Assembly (NCBI GenBank): GCA_965219575.1
Contig: OZ244779.1
Location: 2,252,769 to 2,316,768, forward strand
Length of the DNA stretch: 64,000 nucleotides
DNA from: Candidatus Oxydemutatoraceae bacterium
GTDB lineage: Bacteria; Pseudomonadota; Gammaproteobacteria; Poriferisulfidales; Oxydemutatoraceae
Reading direction: 5' to 3'
In this document: positions 39,938 to 50,900 of the stretch, piece by piece
Position numbering within the stretch: the first letter of the stretch is position 1
Layout of the letters: each line of letters starts with the position of its first letter
Program-made: the position numbers and the translations under genes
The notes under the pieces: generated by a model
Databases searched by the model: none
Seen by the model: only the letters and a program-made list of their open reading frames with translations
What the model was told of the DNA's origin: nothing

Positions 39938-40324
39938 ATGTCTTATGGAGAAAAAGTCTTAGACCATTACGAGAACCCTCGCAATGTGGGTAGCTTGGAT
40001 AAAAGCGACCCGCAAGTAGGCACGGGAATGGTCGGTGCGCCGGCTTGTGGCGATGTGATGAAGCTGCAAATCAAAGTCAACGACAAAGGTGTTATACAAG
40101 ATGCCAAGTTCAAGACTTATGGTTGCGGTTCGGCGATTGCATCGTCCAGTTTGCTAACCGAGAAAGTGATAGGCAAGACGCTTGATGAAGCACAGCAAAT
40201 CAAGAATACCGAAATAGTCGAGGAACTATCGCTACCCCCGGTGAAGATACATTGCTCGGTTTTAGCCGAGGATGCGATTAAAGCGGCACTGAACGACTAT
40301 CATAGCAAAAAAGCCAAAGCCTAA
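39938..40324 (+). CDS. iscU: Fe-S scaffold protein
   Basis: GAPACGDVM, GCGSAIASSS, LPPVKIHCS. Confidence 0.98.
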   Translation: MSYGEKVLDHYENPRNVGSLDKSDPQVGTGMVGAPACGDVMKLQIKVNDKGVIQDAKFKTYGCGSAIASSSLLTEKVIGKTLDEAQQIKNTEIVEELSLPPVKIHCSVLAEDAIKAALNDYHSKKAKA

Positions 40325-40330
40325 GGCTTG

Positions 40331-40654
40331 ATGTCTATTACGCTGACCACTGCGGCGAAAAGCCACATAGGGCGTTTTTTACAAAAGCGCGGCAAAGGAT
40401 TGGGCGTCCGCTTGGGTGTCAAAACCACCGGCTGTTCGGGTTTGGCTTATGTGATTGAATATGTCGATGAGCTGAGTGTCGACGACACGGTGTTTGAAGA
40501 TAAAGGCATCAAAGTAATCGTTGATGCCAAAAGCCTGGTTTACCTTGACGGTACCGAACTTGATTTCGTCAAAGAAGGATTGAACGAGGGCTTTAAGTTC
40601 ACAAATCCCAATGAGAAAAATCGTTGCGGATGCGGAGAAAGTTTCTCTATTTGA
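40331..40654 (+). CDS. iscA: A-type Fe-S carrier
   Basis: GCSGLAY and CGCGESF. Confidence 0.97.
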   Translation: MSITLTTAAKSHIGRFLQKRGKGLGVRLGVKTTGCSGLAYVIEYVDELSVDDTVFEDKGIKVIVDAKSLVYLDGTELDFVKEGLNEGFKFTNPNEKNRCGCGESFSI

Positions 40655-40688
40655 GCATCATTGTCTGCACAGTTCACAGTATCGGACC

Positions 40689-40812
40689 ATCCCCCTCCTT
40701 GTAGGGACGGGCGGACATGTTAGTCCGCCCCTACTATGTCCGCCCGTAAGGGTGGCAGGCTCCGCCTGACGGGGTGGTTCAAAGCCGCAATCCGCCATGA
40801 ATTTATGCAACC
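40689..40812. repeat. Partial modular repeat between iscA and hscB
   Basis: A REP hairpin GGGCGGACATGTTAGTCCGCCCCTAC is nested inside the CCCCTCC...GGGTGGCAGG...CTGACGGGGTGG module. Confidence 0.85.
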
Positions 40813-40821
40813 CAACCACCG

Positions 40822-41355
40822 ATGGACTCCGACAGACACCAACAAAATTATTTTGAATTGTTCGGCATAAAACCGACATTTCGTATTGACGAACAAACAA
40901 TAGAAAAAACCTATTTACAGATGCAAGCACTATTCCACCCCGACCGCTTCGCAACGGCAAGCGCACAAGAGCGGCGCATCGCAGCACAAAAATCCGCCTA
41001 TTTGAACGAAGCCCGCGATGTGCTGTTGGATGCTTGCGACCGCGCCGACTATCTATTGAAACTAGAAGGTTGCGCGGTCAACCCGGATGCCTCAATGTCG
41101 GATAACGATTTTTTAATGGAGCAGATGGAATATAGAGAACGTCTGGAGGAAGCGGCAACGCAACAATCGAGCGAACCGGCGGTTGCTTTATGCGCCGAGA
41201 TTGAATGTCAAAGTACCCGAATAGATAAAGATTTTGAACAAGCCTACGACACGGCAATGTTTGATGCCGCACAATCTCTGCTCGCCCGAATGCGATTTAT
41301 GAAAAAACTAAAATCCGAAGCCAAAGCAATCATCGCTTCTAAGGAGAGCCTCTGA
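40822..41355 (+). CDS. hscB: Fe-S co-chaperone
   Basis: NYFELFG, HPD motif, [10 protein letters not shown]. Confidence 0.95.
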   Translation: MDSDRHQQNYFELFGIKPTFRIDEQTIEKTYLQMQALFHPDRFATASAQERRIAAQKSAYLNEARDVLLDACDRADYLLKLEGCAVNPDASMSDNDFLMEQMEYRERLEEAATQQSSEPAVALCAEIECQSTRIDKDFEQAYDTAMFDAAQSLLARMRFMKKLKSEAKAIIASKESL

Positions 41356-43238
41356 TGTCTTTGTTGCAGATTACCGAACCCGGGCAATCGGATGCACAAC
41401 ATAAACAGTCGGTATGTGTTGCCGGTATAGATTTAGGTACTACGAACTCATTGATTGCCGTCGTAGAAGCAGATAAACCTTACGTCTTGACCGATGCGCA
41501 GCAGAGAGCACATCTTCCGTCGGCAGTGCATTACCGTGCCGATGCCCCGCCCCTGGTGGGCTTTGATGCCCTTGCCAAATCCGAACAAGCCCCGCTGGAC
41601 ACCTTGGTCTCTATCAAACGATTGATGGGGCGAGGTGCCGACCAAATCGATGCCATGAAGGAGACTTTCGGTTATCGCTTTATAACCGAAGACTCCAAAG
41701 TGCCGAAGATTAGAACCGCCGCCGGAGACAAGAGTGCCGTAGAAGTCTCTGCCGACATATTAAAGACACTGAGCCTGCGTGCCGAACAAGCCTTGGACAA
41801 ACCTTTAGAAGGCGTGGTGATTACGGTGCCGGCATATTTCGACGATGCGCAAAGACAAGCGACCAAAGATGCCGCAACGTTGGCCGGCTTAAAAGTCTAC
41901 CGACTATTGAACGAACCGACCGCTGCCGCAGTCGCTTACGGCTTGGATCGCATTGCAGAGGAAGAGACGATTTTGGTTTATGACTTAGGCGGTGGAACCT
42001 TTGATTTATCGGTTCTCAAGATGGAACGAGGCATATTAAGAGTATTGGCTACCGGTGGCGACACGCTGTTGGGAGGAGATGACTTTGACCTGCTGATAGC
42101 GCAACACTTCATACAACAATCATCGGTTCCCGTAAAACCGGACTCCGAACCGATGCGTAGCCTACTCAACGAGGCGCGCAGAGCCAAGCACATACTCAGC
42201 GCACAGCGCGAATATAACGGCACCCTAGAAGTTGCCGACTTAGACTCATGGAAAGTTTCTTTAACGCAATCCGAATTAGACAAGCTGATAACGCCGGCGG
42301 TTGATAAAACTTTGTCTATATGCAAGAAAGTATTGGCCGATGCCGGCATCGGCACAAAGCAAATACATAACATCGTTTTGGTGGGGGGGTCTACTCGTAT
42401 TCCATTGGTGCGCCGTCGTATTCAACAAGCGATAGGCATCGAACCTTTGATCGGCATAGACCCCGATCAGGTCGTTGCGTTGGGCGCAGCGATACAAGCC
42501 GAAGTGCTGGCAGGCAATACGCAAACCGACGATCAATTATTATTATTGGATGTGGTGCCGTTGTCTTTAGGCATCGAAACTATGGGTGGGCTTGTAGAAA
42601 GAATCATTCCTAGAAACAGCATGATACCTACCTCCAGAGTGCAGGAATTCACAACCTATAAAGACGGCCAAACCGGTATGGTGATACATGTGGTGCAAGG
42701 TGAACGAGAATTGATTGCCGATTGCCGCTCACTGGCACGCTTTGAATTAAAAGGCATCACACCCAAAGTCGCAGGGGCATCCAAAGTGCGTGTGACTTTT
42801 ACCGTCGATGCAGACGGTCTGCTATCGGTCTCGGCGGTTGATGCCGAGAGCGGCACTCAAGCGAGCGTAGAGGTGAAACCATCCTACGGCTTGTCCGACA
42901 CCGATATAGAACAGATGATTAGAACATCGGTACAACACGCCGCCGAAGATGTTGCCGCACGTATACTTAAGGAAAAACAAGTGGAAAGCAAACGCGTGCT
43001 CGATGCCCTCGCATCGGCACTGGACGAAGACCGCGCACTATTGTCCGACGAGGCAGAAGAACAAAACATACTCAAAGCACGCAATACACTACGGCACGAA
43101 TTGGATCACGGCGATGCCGACCAAATAGACAAAGCACTAAAGGACTTGGAAGCTAGTAGCGAAGCATTTATCGCCCGCCGTATGAATGCCGCCATACTCA
43201 AAACCCTGCAAGGCAAATCGGCAACAGAGTTTAATTGA
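41355..43238 (+). CDS. hscA: Fe-S Hsp70 chaperone
   Basis: [36 protein letters not shown]. Confidence 0.96.
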   Translation: MSLLQITEPGQSDAQHKQSVCVAGIDLGTTNSLIAVVEADKPYVLTDAQQRAHLPSAVHYRADAPPLVGFDALAKSEQAPLDTLVSIKRLMGRGADQIDAMKETFGYRFITEDSKVPKIRTAAGDKSAVEVSADILKTLSLRAEQALDKPLEGVVITVPAYFDDAQRQATKDAATLAGLKVYRLLNEPTAAAVAYGLDRIAEEETILVYDLGGGTFDLSVLKMERGILRVLATGGDTLLGGDDFDLLIAQHFIQQSSVPVKPDSEPMRSLLNEARRAKHILSAQREYNGTLEVADLDSWKVSLTQSELDKLITPAVDKTLSICKKVLADAGIGTKQIHNIVLVGGSTRIPLVRRRIQQAIGIEPLIGIDPDQVVALGAAIQAEVLAGNTQTDDQLLLLDVVPLSLGIETMGGLVERIIPRNSMIPTSRVQEFTTYKDGQTGMVIHVVQGERELIADCRSLARFELKGITPKVAGASKVRVTFTVDADGLLSVSAVDAESGTQASVEVKPSYGLSDTDIEQMIRTSVQHAAEDVAARILKEKQVESKRVLDALASALDEDRALLSDEAEEQNILKARNTLRHELDHGDADQIDKALKDLEASSEAFIARRMNAAILKTLQGKSATEFN

Positions 43239-43261
43239 TGTAAAGAACACAGAGTATCGCA

Positions 43262-43600
43262 ATGCCTAAAATCACTTTTTTACCCCATGAAAAACTATGT
43301 CCCGAAGGCAAAATAGTAGAAGTGGATAGCGGCACCAGCATCTGCGATGCGGCATTGAAAAACGACATAGAACTAGAACACGCCTGCGAGAAATCATGTG
43401 CCTGCACAACCTGCCATGTGTATATACGCGAAGGTTCCGACGCACTCGACGAACCCACCGAAAACGAAGAAGACTACCTTGACAAAGCCTGGGGACTAGA
43501 CCCCGATTCACGGCTTAGCTGCCAAGTTATCGTAAAAGACCAAGACCTAGTCGTCGAAATACCCAAATACACCATCAACCTAGTATCCGAACAGCACTAG
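43262..43600 (+). CDS. fdx: ISC [2Fe-2S] ferredoxin
   Basis: EHACEKSCACTTCH, SRLSCQ, PKYTIN. Confidence 0.97.
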   Translation: MPKITFLPHEKLCPEGKIVEVDSGTSICDAALKNDIELEHACEKSCACTTCHVYIREGSDALDEPTENEEDYLDKAWGLDPDSRLSCQVIVKDQDLVVEIPKYTINLVSEQH

Positions 43601-43611
43601 CCCGCCAACCC

Positions 43612-44211
43612 AATTCCCCTCCTGTGACGGGGTCGGGTTTCGTCTGACGAAGTAGTCATGCCATTGGGCTGTTGAAAAAGTGCCGTTTTTGCACAACCGC
43701 AGCCGCTTGCGCCGTGAATTCATAATAACCACCAAGTCGTAGGGGCAGTATAAAGCCGCCGATTGAGCCGGTAGGTCAATCGGCAACTCTGATGTCTACC
43801 CTTAAGTACCGTTCTGCACGACACCAACCGCTTGCGCCAACAAATAATGGTTTCCATAATATTAATGGGTGAACGCGTTAATCGTGCAAACATGATACGT
43901 CGGGCTGTTGAAAAAGTGCGGCATCGTACGAATCCAATCACTTGCGCCATTTGGTTTTGGTTTCCATAAATTGGATGGATGAATGTATAAATCGTGTAGG
44001 CACAACGCGTTATGGGCGGACATGTTAGTCCGCCCCTACAGGTGGGTTGGATAATTATGCGACGCAAGCGGTTACGGTTTTGCAGAACAGTATTTTTTCA
44101 ACAGTCCCACGTTTCGGGCAGAACAGGGCCGCCGATTGAGCCAGTAGGTCAATCGGCAATTTAATTTTAGTCCGCCCCTACCACTTTATGAAATACTTTT
44201 TCAGCAGTCCC
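43612..44211. repeat. Compound cluster of modular repeat elements
   Basis: Two left ends (~43666, ~43902) and two right ends (~44107, ~44211); contains the canonical 205-bp copy. Confidence 0.92.
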
Positions 44212-44234
44212 ACGGCACGTTAGGAAGGAATGAG

Positions 44235-45491
44235 TTAAAAAATGCTTTTGCGTACGATGTTCTCTTCCCGTCCCGGACCGGTTGAAACCATATCAACGGG
44301 AATGCCGATCAGCTGTTCTATACATTCTACATAGTGTCGGACTTGATTGGGGAGATCCCGATAGCGGGTAATACCGCGTATCGTTTCCGTCCAACCTTCC
44401 AATTCTATATAATGCGGTTTGCACTTCGACAGGTCGTTGTTCGCCGGGTCGTAGTTATCACAAATCCGCAATTTTTTCAGACCTGTTAATACATCTATTT
44501 TAGTCAAGCATAAATAATCTACGCCGTTTATTTTAATCGCTCGTTTTAAGGCGACGGCATCGAGCCATCCGCAACGCCGATCCCTGCCGGTAGTCGCTCC
44601 TTTTTCTTTGCCGTGCGTAGATAGATGTACGCCTACCTCGTCATCCAATTCGGTAGGAAAGGGACCGTTGCCGACGCGAGTCGTATAAGCCTTGCTGATA
44701 CCTAGAACATGGTCTATGTCTCGTGCCGCCATGCCTGCGCTACAACTTGCGTTGGCGGCAATGGTATTGGAAGAGGTCACATAAGGATAAGTACCATGGT
44801 CTATATCGAGCAATGTTCCCTGCGCACCTTCAAATAATACATTCGCCTCTCGTCCAATTAGACGGTGCAGATGATCGGAGATCGAGACCGTCCACGATAG
44901 AAATTTATCTTTATGCTCGTGTATAAAATCGAGTTCCTCTGCACAATCCGCAGTCGGCGATTGATAATAGTGCTTCAATACGAAATTGTGATATTCAAAT
45001 AATTCCTCGGTTTGCTTCAAAAAAGCGTCCCAATCTCGGAGATCTCCCAATCGCACCGCGCGTCTTGCCGCCCGATCCTCGTAAGCCGGACCTATGCCCT
45101 TGGCGGTAGTGCCGATGGCAGCTTTTCCGCGTCGTCGCTCACGCGCTGCATCGAGCAAACGATGACACTCCAACACCAGCGGGCAGGCATCGGAAACATG
45201 AAGACGCGAGCCAACCGCTATGCCGATAGTGCTTAACTCCTGTATCTCCTCGAGCAAGGCTCGTAGAGACACGACCACACCACTGCAAATAAAACATTCT
45301 ATATTTTCGTGCAATGCACCCGACGGTAACAAATGTAGTATATGTGGTTTACCGTCGACATAAATCGTATGCCCGGCATTATGTCCGCCTTGAAAACGAA
45401 CGACGGCATCGGAATGTTCGGTGAGGTGGTCTACTATTTTACCTTTGCCCTCATCTCCCCATTGCAGGCCGACGACTACGACACAGGTCAT
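44235..45491 (-). CDS. purA: Adenylosuccinate synthetase
   Basis: QWGDEGKGK, GGHNAGHT, EGAQG, TTRVGNGPFPTE, TTGRDRRCGW. Confidence 0.98.
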   Translation of the reverse strand: MTCVVVVGLQWGDEGKGKIVDHLTEHSDAVVRFQGGHNAGHTIYVDGKPHILHLLPSGALHENIECFICSGVVVSLRALLEEIQELSTIGIAVGSRLHVSDACPLVLECHRLLDAARERRRGKAAIGTTAKGIGPAYEDRAARRAVRLGDLRDWDAFLKQTEELFEYHNFVLKHYYQSPTADCAEELDFIHEHKDKFLSWTVSISDHLHRLIGREANVLFEGAQGTLLDIDHGTYPYVTSSNTIAANASCSAGMAARDIDHVLGISKAYTTRVGNGPFPTELDDEVGVHLSTHGKEKGATTGRDRRCGWLDAVALKRAIKINGVDYLCLTKIDVLTGLKKLRICDNYDPANNDLSKCKPHYIELEGWTETIRGITRYRDLPNQVRHYVECIEQLIGIPVDMVSTGPGREENIVRKSIF

Positions 45492-46678
45492 TTAATAATC
45501 TCTATCGTCCATTGTCTGTCTACTTTGACAAAACGAGCATCGCAGCCGTAGTCTTCGGGCTGTTCGTCCCCTAGTTGGGCGACGACTCTATCACCGTCCA
45601 CGCGTGCAGCTTCTACCATCTCTTGCAATGCCTCATCTTGCTCTTGCGGCGCAAATATAAGTTTTTTGTTCGGCAATGCACCCGATTCACAATCTTGATT
45701 GATATCCAAAAACAATTTCATATCGCCGCTAAAACCGACAGCGGGGCGTGCGCAACCGAAAGGTTCACCTACGCCGTCATAGCAGCCTCCTCTTGCAACT
45801 TCCTGCCTAATATCCAGAACAAAAGCCGAGAAAACAATGCCTGCCTCATAGTGATACGAAGGTAGTTCGGATAGATCGAACAGTATTTTGTCGGCGTACT
45901 CCGACGACCTGTCGGCAACGACTTGCAGTTCATCGAGCAGTGCCGTCATACTATCCGATATAGCACTATAACAGCGACGCGCGTCTTTTAGTACGCTTAT
46001 GTCCCCTTGAAAATCACTCAGATCGGTGAACCACGCTATTTGTAGCTCAGGAATGCCCGCAGCCTTTAGGTAGGTGTAAATTTCGTGTTTGGCTTTGGAG
46101 TGCAACAGAGGAATCAAATCGGCATTTTGTGCCGGCTGTAATTTTGCCGCTTTGACCAATTCCAGATAAATACCTACATGCCCAAAAGATAGAAGGTGCT
46201 GTGTCGCACCTGCCAACTTCAGTGTCTTCAACATCAGCCGTATTATTTCAAGCGTACTCTCGATGCCGCCGTGTCCGTAGACCTCGGCACCGAACTGTAT
46301 CGGGGATCGCGAAGCCCCGACACTCTCGGGTTTAGTTTTTAGTACCGTGTCGCAATAGCACAAACGGTTGATTTTATTCCTGCTCAGAGCATGTACATCT
46401 ATGCGGGCAATTTGAGGTGTCATGTCGGCACGCACGCCTAAGGTTTTACCGCTCAACTGATCGGTCAACTTAAAAGTCTGCAATAAAAGCTCGTCTTCCT
46501 CGGGTGCAACCAAAGATTCTAAAAACTCAACGAGCGGAGGATTAACTAATTCATAACCCCAACCGTCGAATAGGTCTATGATCCGCCGACGCATCGCCTC
46601 CAGTCGTCTCGCTTCGGCAGGCAATATGTCGTCTATATTCTCGGGCAAAATCCACTTTTGGTTCACGGCTATGCCCAA
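45488..46678 (-). CDS. hisZ: ATP phosphoribosyltransferase regulatory subunit
   Basis: WILPENIDDILP, TFKLTDQLSG, RADMTPQIARID; upstream of purA. Confidence 0.93.
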   Translation of the reverse strand: MGIAVNQKWILPENIDDILPAEARRLEAMRRRIIDLFDGWGYELVNPPLVEFLESLVAPEEDELLLQTFKLTDQLSGKTLGVRADMTPQIARIDVHALSRNKINRLCYCDTVLKTKPESVGASRSPIQFGAEVYGHGGIESTLEIIRLMLKTLKLAGATQHLLSFGHVGIYLELVKAAKLQPAQNADLIPLLHSKAKHEIYTYLKAAGIPELQIAWFTDLSDFQGDISVLKDARRCYSAISDSMTALLDELQVVADRSSEYADKILFDLSELPSYHYEAGIVFSAFVLDIRQEVARGGCYDGVGEPFGCARPAVGFSGDMKLFLDINQDCESGALPNKKLIFAPQEQDEALQEMVEAARVDGDRVVAQLGDEQPEDYGCDARFVKVDRQWTIEIIK

Positions 46679-46866
46679 CTTCTAGCAACATATACGATTA
46701 GCAATCCGATTATCATAAGGATCAGGCTTCCCAACCTAAGACGATAATCGCTAAATTCGCTTATTCCAATCAGTACTTGCTTCCATTTTGCAGGTTTGAG
46801 AAACGGGACGATGCCTTCAAAAACGAGCATCAGTCCGAATGCAGTAACAAGATCGGTCCAGTCCAT
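46669..46866 (-). CDS. yjeT: DUF2065 / YjeT membrane protein
   Basis: AFGLMLVFEGIVPFLKP..W, LRLGS; conserved position after hflC. Confidence 0.9.
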   Translation of the reverse strand: MDWTDLVTAFGLMLVFEGIVPFLKPAKWKQVLIGISEFSDYRLRLGSLILMIIGLLIVYVARSWA

Positions 46867-46950
46867 CGTTAATTTTTATATACACCGTATTTACACAAAT
46901 GTATATCCCTGTGCAGGAATATACACCGTGCATCACCGTGCATTGTTTTC

Positions 46951-47811
46951 CTATTCTCTACTTTTCTGATTAAAGTAATCGAAGAAATCGGATTCCGGTT
47001 CCAATATTAGGGTGTCGGATCCTCCGAATGCATCTTCGTATGCTCTTATGCTGCGCGTGAACGAGTAAAATTCGGGATCCTTATTGTAGGCATCGGCATA
47101 TATCTTCGCCGACTCTGCATCCCCTTCGCCACGGATTTTTTCCGATTCGCGGTACGCTTCGGCAAGGATTGCAATACGCTCGCGATCGGCTTCGGCTCGG
47201 ATACGCTCCGCCTGTTCCATGCCGCGAGCCCTGAAGTCTCTTGCCACACGACTACGCTCGGCACGCATTCTTTCATAAACGGCATTGCTTACATCGTCGG
47301 GTAAATCTATACGGCTGATACGCACATCGACAATCTCTATACCGAGTTCTTTAGCCGTCTCGTTCGATTTAACCCTCAATATATCCATAATCTGGCTACG
47401 CTCTCCGGAAACCGCTTCCTGTATCGTCCGCTTGCCGAACTCGTTGCGCAGTTGATCCTTCATAATTTGTGATAAACGACTTAACGCGTTGCGCTCGTCG
47501 CCTCGCGTGGAACGATAATACTGTCCGACATCTAAAATGCGCCACTTTACGAAGAAGTCTACGGTCACATTTTTCTTTTCCACCGTCAAGAAACTTTCGG
47601 GTTGTGCATCGAGCGTGAGGATACGTGCATCAAAAAATCTTGCGTTGTTGATCAACGGGAACTTGAAGTGCAATCCCGGTGGAATATCTTCTTTAATAAT
47701 CTCACCCAATCTAAATAACAAGGCTTTCTCGCGTTGATCTACTACATAGGTTGCGGTATAACCGATAAGCAGCACGAATACTATAATGAAGGGTAAAAAT
47801 CTTTTCATCAT
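46951..47811 (-). CDS. hflC: FtsH modulator HflC
   Basis: SPFH domain PGLHFKFP, RMRAER, DPEFYSFTRS. Confidence 0.96.
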   Translation of the reverse strand: MMKRFLPFIIVFVLLIGYTATYVVDQREKALLFRLGEIIKEDIPPGLHFKFPLINNARFFDARILTLDAQPESFLTVEKKNVTVDFFVKWRILDVGQYYRSTRGDERNALSRLSQIMKDQLRNEFGKRTIQEAVSGERSQIMDILRVKSNETAKELGIEIVDVRISRIDLPDDVSNAVYERMRAERSRVARDFRARGMEQAERIRAEADRERIAILAEAYRESEKIRGEGDAESAKIYADAYNKDPEFYSFTRSIRAYEDAFGGSDTLILEPESDFFDYFNQKSRE

Positions 47812-49025
47812 CTACTATTCCCTCTTATCCGTTCTACACCCGAGCGAATTCTATCGCTCATACTTCTGGTGTTGTCGTCACCTGAAACGGCAGAATTAGG
47901 TGCCGAACTTTGGCTCCCGGAATCTCTATTCCTCGCATCTTGCATCATTCTGTCCAACGGCAAATAAAATACACTGTTGCCTTGGTCAACGTTGATCATG
48001 ACTTTATTGGATCTCGACAACACCGACTGTATTGCTTGCAGATAAAGACGTTCGCGCGTCACTTCGGGTGCCTTACGATATTCCTCGAATAGCTTGTTAA
48101 AGCGGTCGGCTTCACCTATGGAGTTCTCGATGACTCTTTCTCTGTAGGCATTGGCCTCCGCCATCATACGCGCCGCTTCACCGCGTGCTTGCGGAATTAT
48201 GCCATTGGAATAGGCTTCCGCCTCGTTGATAAATCGGATCTCGTCCTCGCGTGCCTTGATTGCATCGGCAAAAGAACCTTGCACCGCAGCGGGCGGTTGC
48301 GATTGCTGTAAATTGACATTGAGAACGATTAAACCCGAGGCATAGTCGTCCAGTATAGCCTGCATCAAAACCTTCGTTTTGGCGGCGATATCGGCACGCC
48401 CTTCACCGAGAATAAAATCCATACTATTCTTACCGATTACTTCGCGCAACGCACTCTCCATTACTTGAAAAAGTGTTCCCCGAGATTGATCCGCTCTATC
48501 GTTGTCTATATCGGGCAAGCGTACATTAAAAAGGTAATCGGCAGCATCTTTAACACGGTATTGCACAGCCAGCTCTACTTCAACGATGTTTTCGTCTTGG
48601 GTTAGCATGGAAACCTTGTTTTGTGCCGACCGAACTTTGCCCACATCGACCTTCTCAACCGTTTCAATCGGATACGGAATATGCCAATGCGGACCCGGCA
48701 AAGTCATATCGTGATATTCACCGAAGCGCAAAATAACGCCCCGCTGACCTTCGCTAACGATATAAATACCGGAAAGTATCCAAACAGTGAAAACTATACC
48801 GAGTATTAACGAGAGATTAAACGAGTTGGACTTGCCGAACCCGGAACCGAAATTCGGTCTTTTCCTTTGCGGAGGCTCATTCGATGACGAACCGGATTTT
48901 TGGGACTTGTCTTTCTTAAAACCAAACAGAACACCTAACAAATCCATTAAGTCGGGTGGTTCTCCGGACGAACCACCTCTTTTATCGGATCTATTCGTCC
49001 TGTCTTTATCTTCACTCCAAGGCAT
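47808..49025 (-). CDS. hflK: FtsH modulator HflK
   Basis: MPW...PPDL N-terminus, MLTQDENIV, KAPEVTRERLY, YLPLD. Confidence 0.96.
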   Translation of the reverse strand: MPWSEDKDRTNRSDKRGGSSGEPPDLMDLLGVLFGFKKDKSQKSGSSSNEPPQRKRPNFGSGFGKSNSFNLSLILGIVFTVWILSGIYIVSEGQRGVILRFGEYHDMTLPGPHWHIPYPIETVEKVDVGKVRSAQNKVSMLTQDENIVEVELAVQYRVKDAADYLFNVRLPDIDNDRADQSRGTLFQVMESALREVIGKNSMDFILGEGRADIAAKTKVLMQAILDDYASGLIVLNVNLQQSQPPAAVQGSFADAIKAREDEIRFINEAEAYSNGIIPQARGEAARMMAEANAYRERVIENSIGEADRFNKLFEEYRKAPEVTRERLYLQAIQSVLSRSNKVMINVDQGNSVFYLPLDRMMQDARNRDSGSQSSAPNSAVSGDDNTRSMSDRIRSGVERIRGNSR

Positions 49026-49160
49026 GTTTTACAGTTAAATTAAAATTGTTTATTCGGGGTTGCTTCGCAAAGCTGTCAAATTAATAAAAGGTGATTATAT
49101 CATCCCTACCATAATAATGAAAGAACCCATATTTTCCTTGTAAACACAAAATAGTAATGT

Positions 49161-49430
49161 GGGGCTGTTGAAAAAGTATCCACGAACCTGAGGGGCGGTA
49201 CATTCCCCTCCTTCGGAGGGGTGGCAGGCGAAGCCTGACGGGGTGGTTTTGTCGTGTCTGTACTATGTTTATACATTCATCCATCCAATTTATGGAAACC
49301 ATTATTTGTTGGCGCAGGGCGGTTGGTGTTGTGCGATGTCCGCACATTTTCAACAGCCCCGAGGTTCTGCACAACATGATGCCGATTGACTTACCGGCTC
49401 AACAGGCGGTTCTATTTTCAACGACTCCAT
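49161..49430. repeat. Modular repeat element
   Basis: GGGGCTGTTGAAAAAGTA ... TTTTCAACAGCCCC (49360), followed by a GCCGATTGA module. Confidence 0.9.
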
Positions 49431-49667
49431 TTCATGCTCCATTGAGGAATTAGAGTAACTGCTTGCATTTATACAGAGATTCTGCATAATTCAAAATCAT
49501 GATAAATTTTGATGTACTAAAATCAGTGACTTTGAAACACTGATACGCTTAATGAATCTTGGGAAAAGATAATACGAATTTCGTTAATTTCGCTACAAGA
49601 GAGATACACAACCTTTTACTAGAACTAATCTATGGCAAGCTACATGTTGGAGATAAGATAAGAAAAT

Positions 49668-50900
49668 ATGAGCCAAGAAATTAAGAAAATCCGTATTAAA
49701 GATTTAGTTCTTTGGACTGAGAATCCAAGAGACCCTATGGATAGTAATGCTACAGATCAAGATATAGGCAACCAATCGATTAGCAAAGACGGACGCAGTA
49801 AATGGAGCCTGAAAAAGTTATTTGACACGATGGGATATCGCTTTGATCAAAGTGAAATTCCCACAGTTGCTTACATTAACGGTAAACCTGTTGTATTTGA
49901 CGGTAATAGACGGGTTCTTATCGGAAAAATTATTCACGGATATGTAAATATAAACAGTTCTATTGATTTTTCCGGGTTTGAATTTCCCGAGAAAATTCCA
50001 TGTAATGTTTGTGATGAAAAAACTGCTTTGCAGCATGTTGATAGAAAACATGCCGAAAGCGGCTCATGGCGGCCTCTGGAGAGAGATATTTTCAAGCATA
50101 AGCATATGGGGGAGGACAAGTCCGTTTTTCTTGTTTTTGAAGAATCAACAAATTTAATCTCTAATAATAAACTGATGAATCAAAGGTTTGTTAAAGAGGA
50201 AATTCTGACTCCGGCAATACTAGATACAATAGGTTTTTCGTTAGATGATGGCACACTCAAGACGAGACACTCTGATAACGATACAAATACTCTATTAGAA
50301 AAAATTATTTCTCTGATAAATGAAAAAGAAATATCAACTCGAAAGAACAGAGGTGAACTGATAAGCCTGCTAAAACGTGACCCACGCATTAAGACTATCC
50401 TAGAAAACAATGAAAATCAGTATTTTAAGAATTTTTCTCTTGAGCAATTCGCCGTTAAGGATGACCAGAAATCCTCTAGGAAAACACCCGTACGAAAGAA
50501 AAAAGAACATCAATTGTTTGGTGAAACTCTCGTACTGAAATCCGGTACTGTAAACAATCTTTATTCTGACTTACGCAAGCTATATGATCGAAAAAAAAGA
50601 ATAATTTATTCTGAAGACTTTCCGATGCTTATTCGCATCGGCTTAAGATTGCTTGCTGAAATAGCAATGCAAGATAAAAATAAAAAATTAAAGGCAATTC
50701 CAGATTATTTCGATGAAGCTAAAAGTAAACTGAATAAGGATGAAAAAACTACACTTTCTGCTCAAAATGTAAATAAAGATAAAATTTTAGAACTTCTAAA
50801 TGTAGGGGCACATTCATATACTATTTCTAACAACTTAGAACAAACAGTAGCCCTATCTTTGATTATAGGAAAAATTTTAGAAATAACTCATGGCAAATAA
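49668..50900 (+). CDS. ParB/Srx-like N-terminal domain protein with helical (possibly HEPN-like) C-terminus
   Basis: DLVLWTENPR and PTV...VVFDGNRRV ParB-fold motifs; C-terminal IGLRLLAE...LLNVGAH; AT-rich; overlaps the dam-like gene. Confidence 0.6.
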   Translation: MSQEIKKIRIKDLVLWTENPRDPMDSNATDQDIGNQSISKDGRSKWSLKKLFDTMGYRFDQSEIPTVAYINGKPVVFDGNRRVLIGKIIHGYVNINSSIDFSGFEFPEKIPCNVCDEKTALQHVDRKHAESGSWRPLERDIFKHKHMGEDKSVFLVFEESTNLISNNKLMNQRFVKEEILTPAILDTIGFSLDDGTLKTRHSDNDTNTLLEKIISLINEKEISTRKNRGELISLLKRDPRIKTILENNENQYFKNFSLEQFAVKDDQKSSRKTPVRKKKEHQLFGETLVLKSGTVNNLYSDLRKLYDRKKRIIYSEDFPMLIRIGLRLLAEIAMQDKNKKLKAIPDYFDEAKSKLNKDEKTTLSAQNVNKDKILELLNVGAHSYTISNNLEQTVALSLIIGKILEITHGK

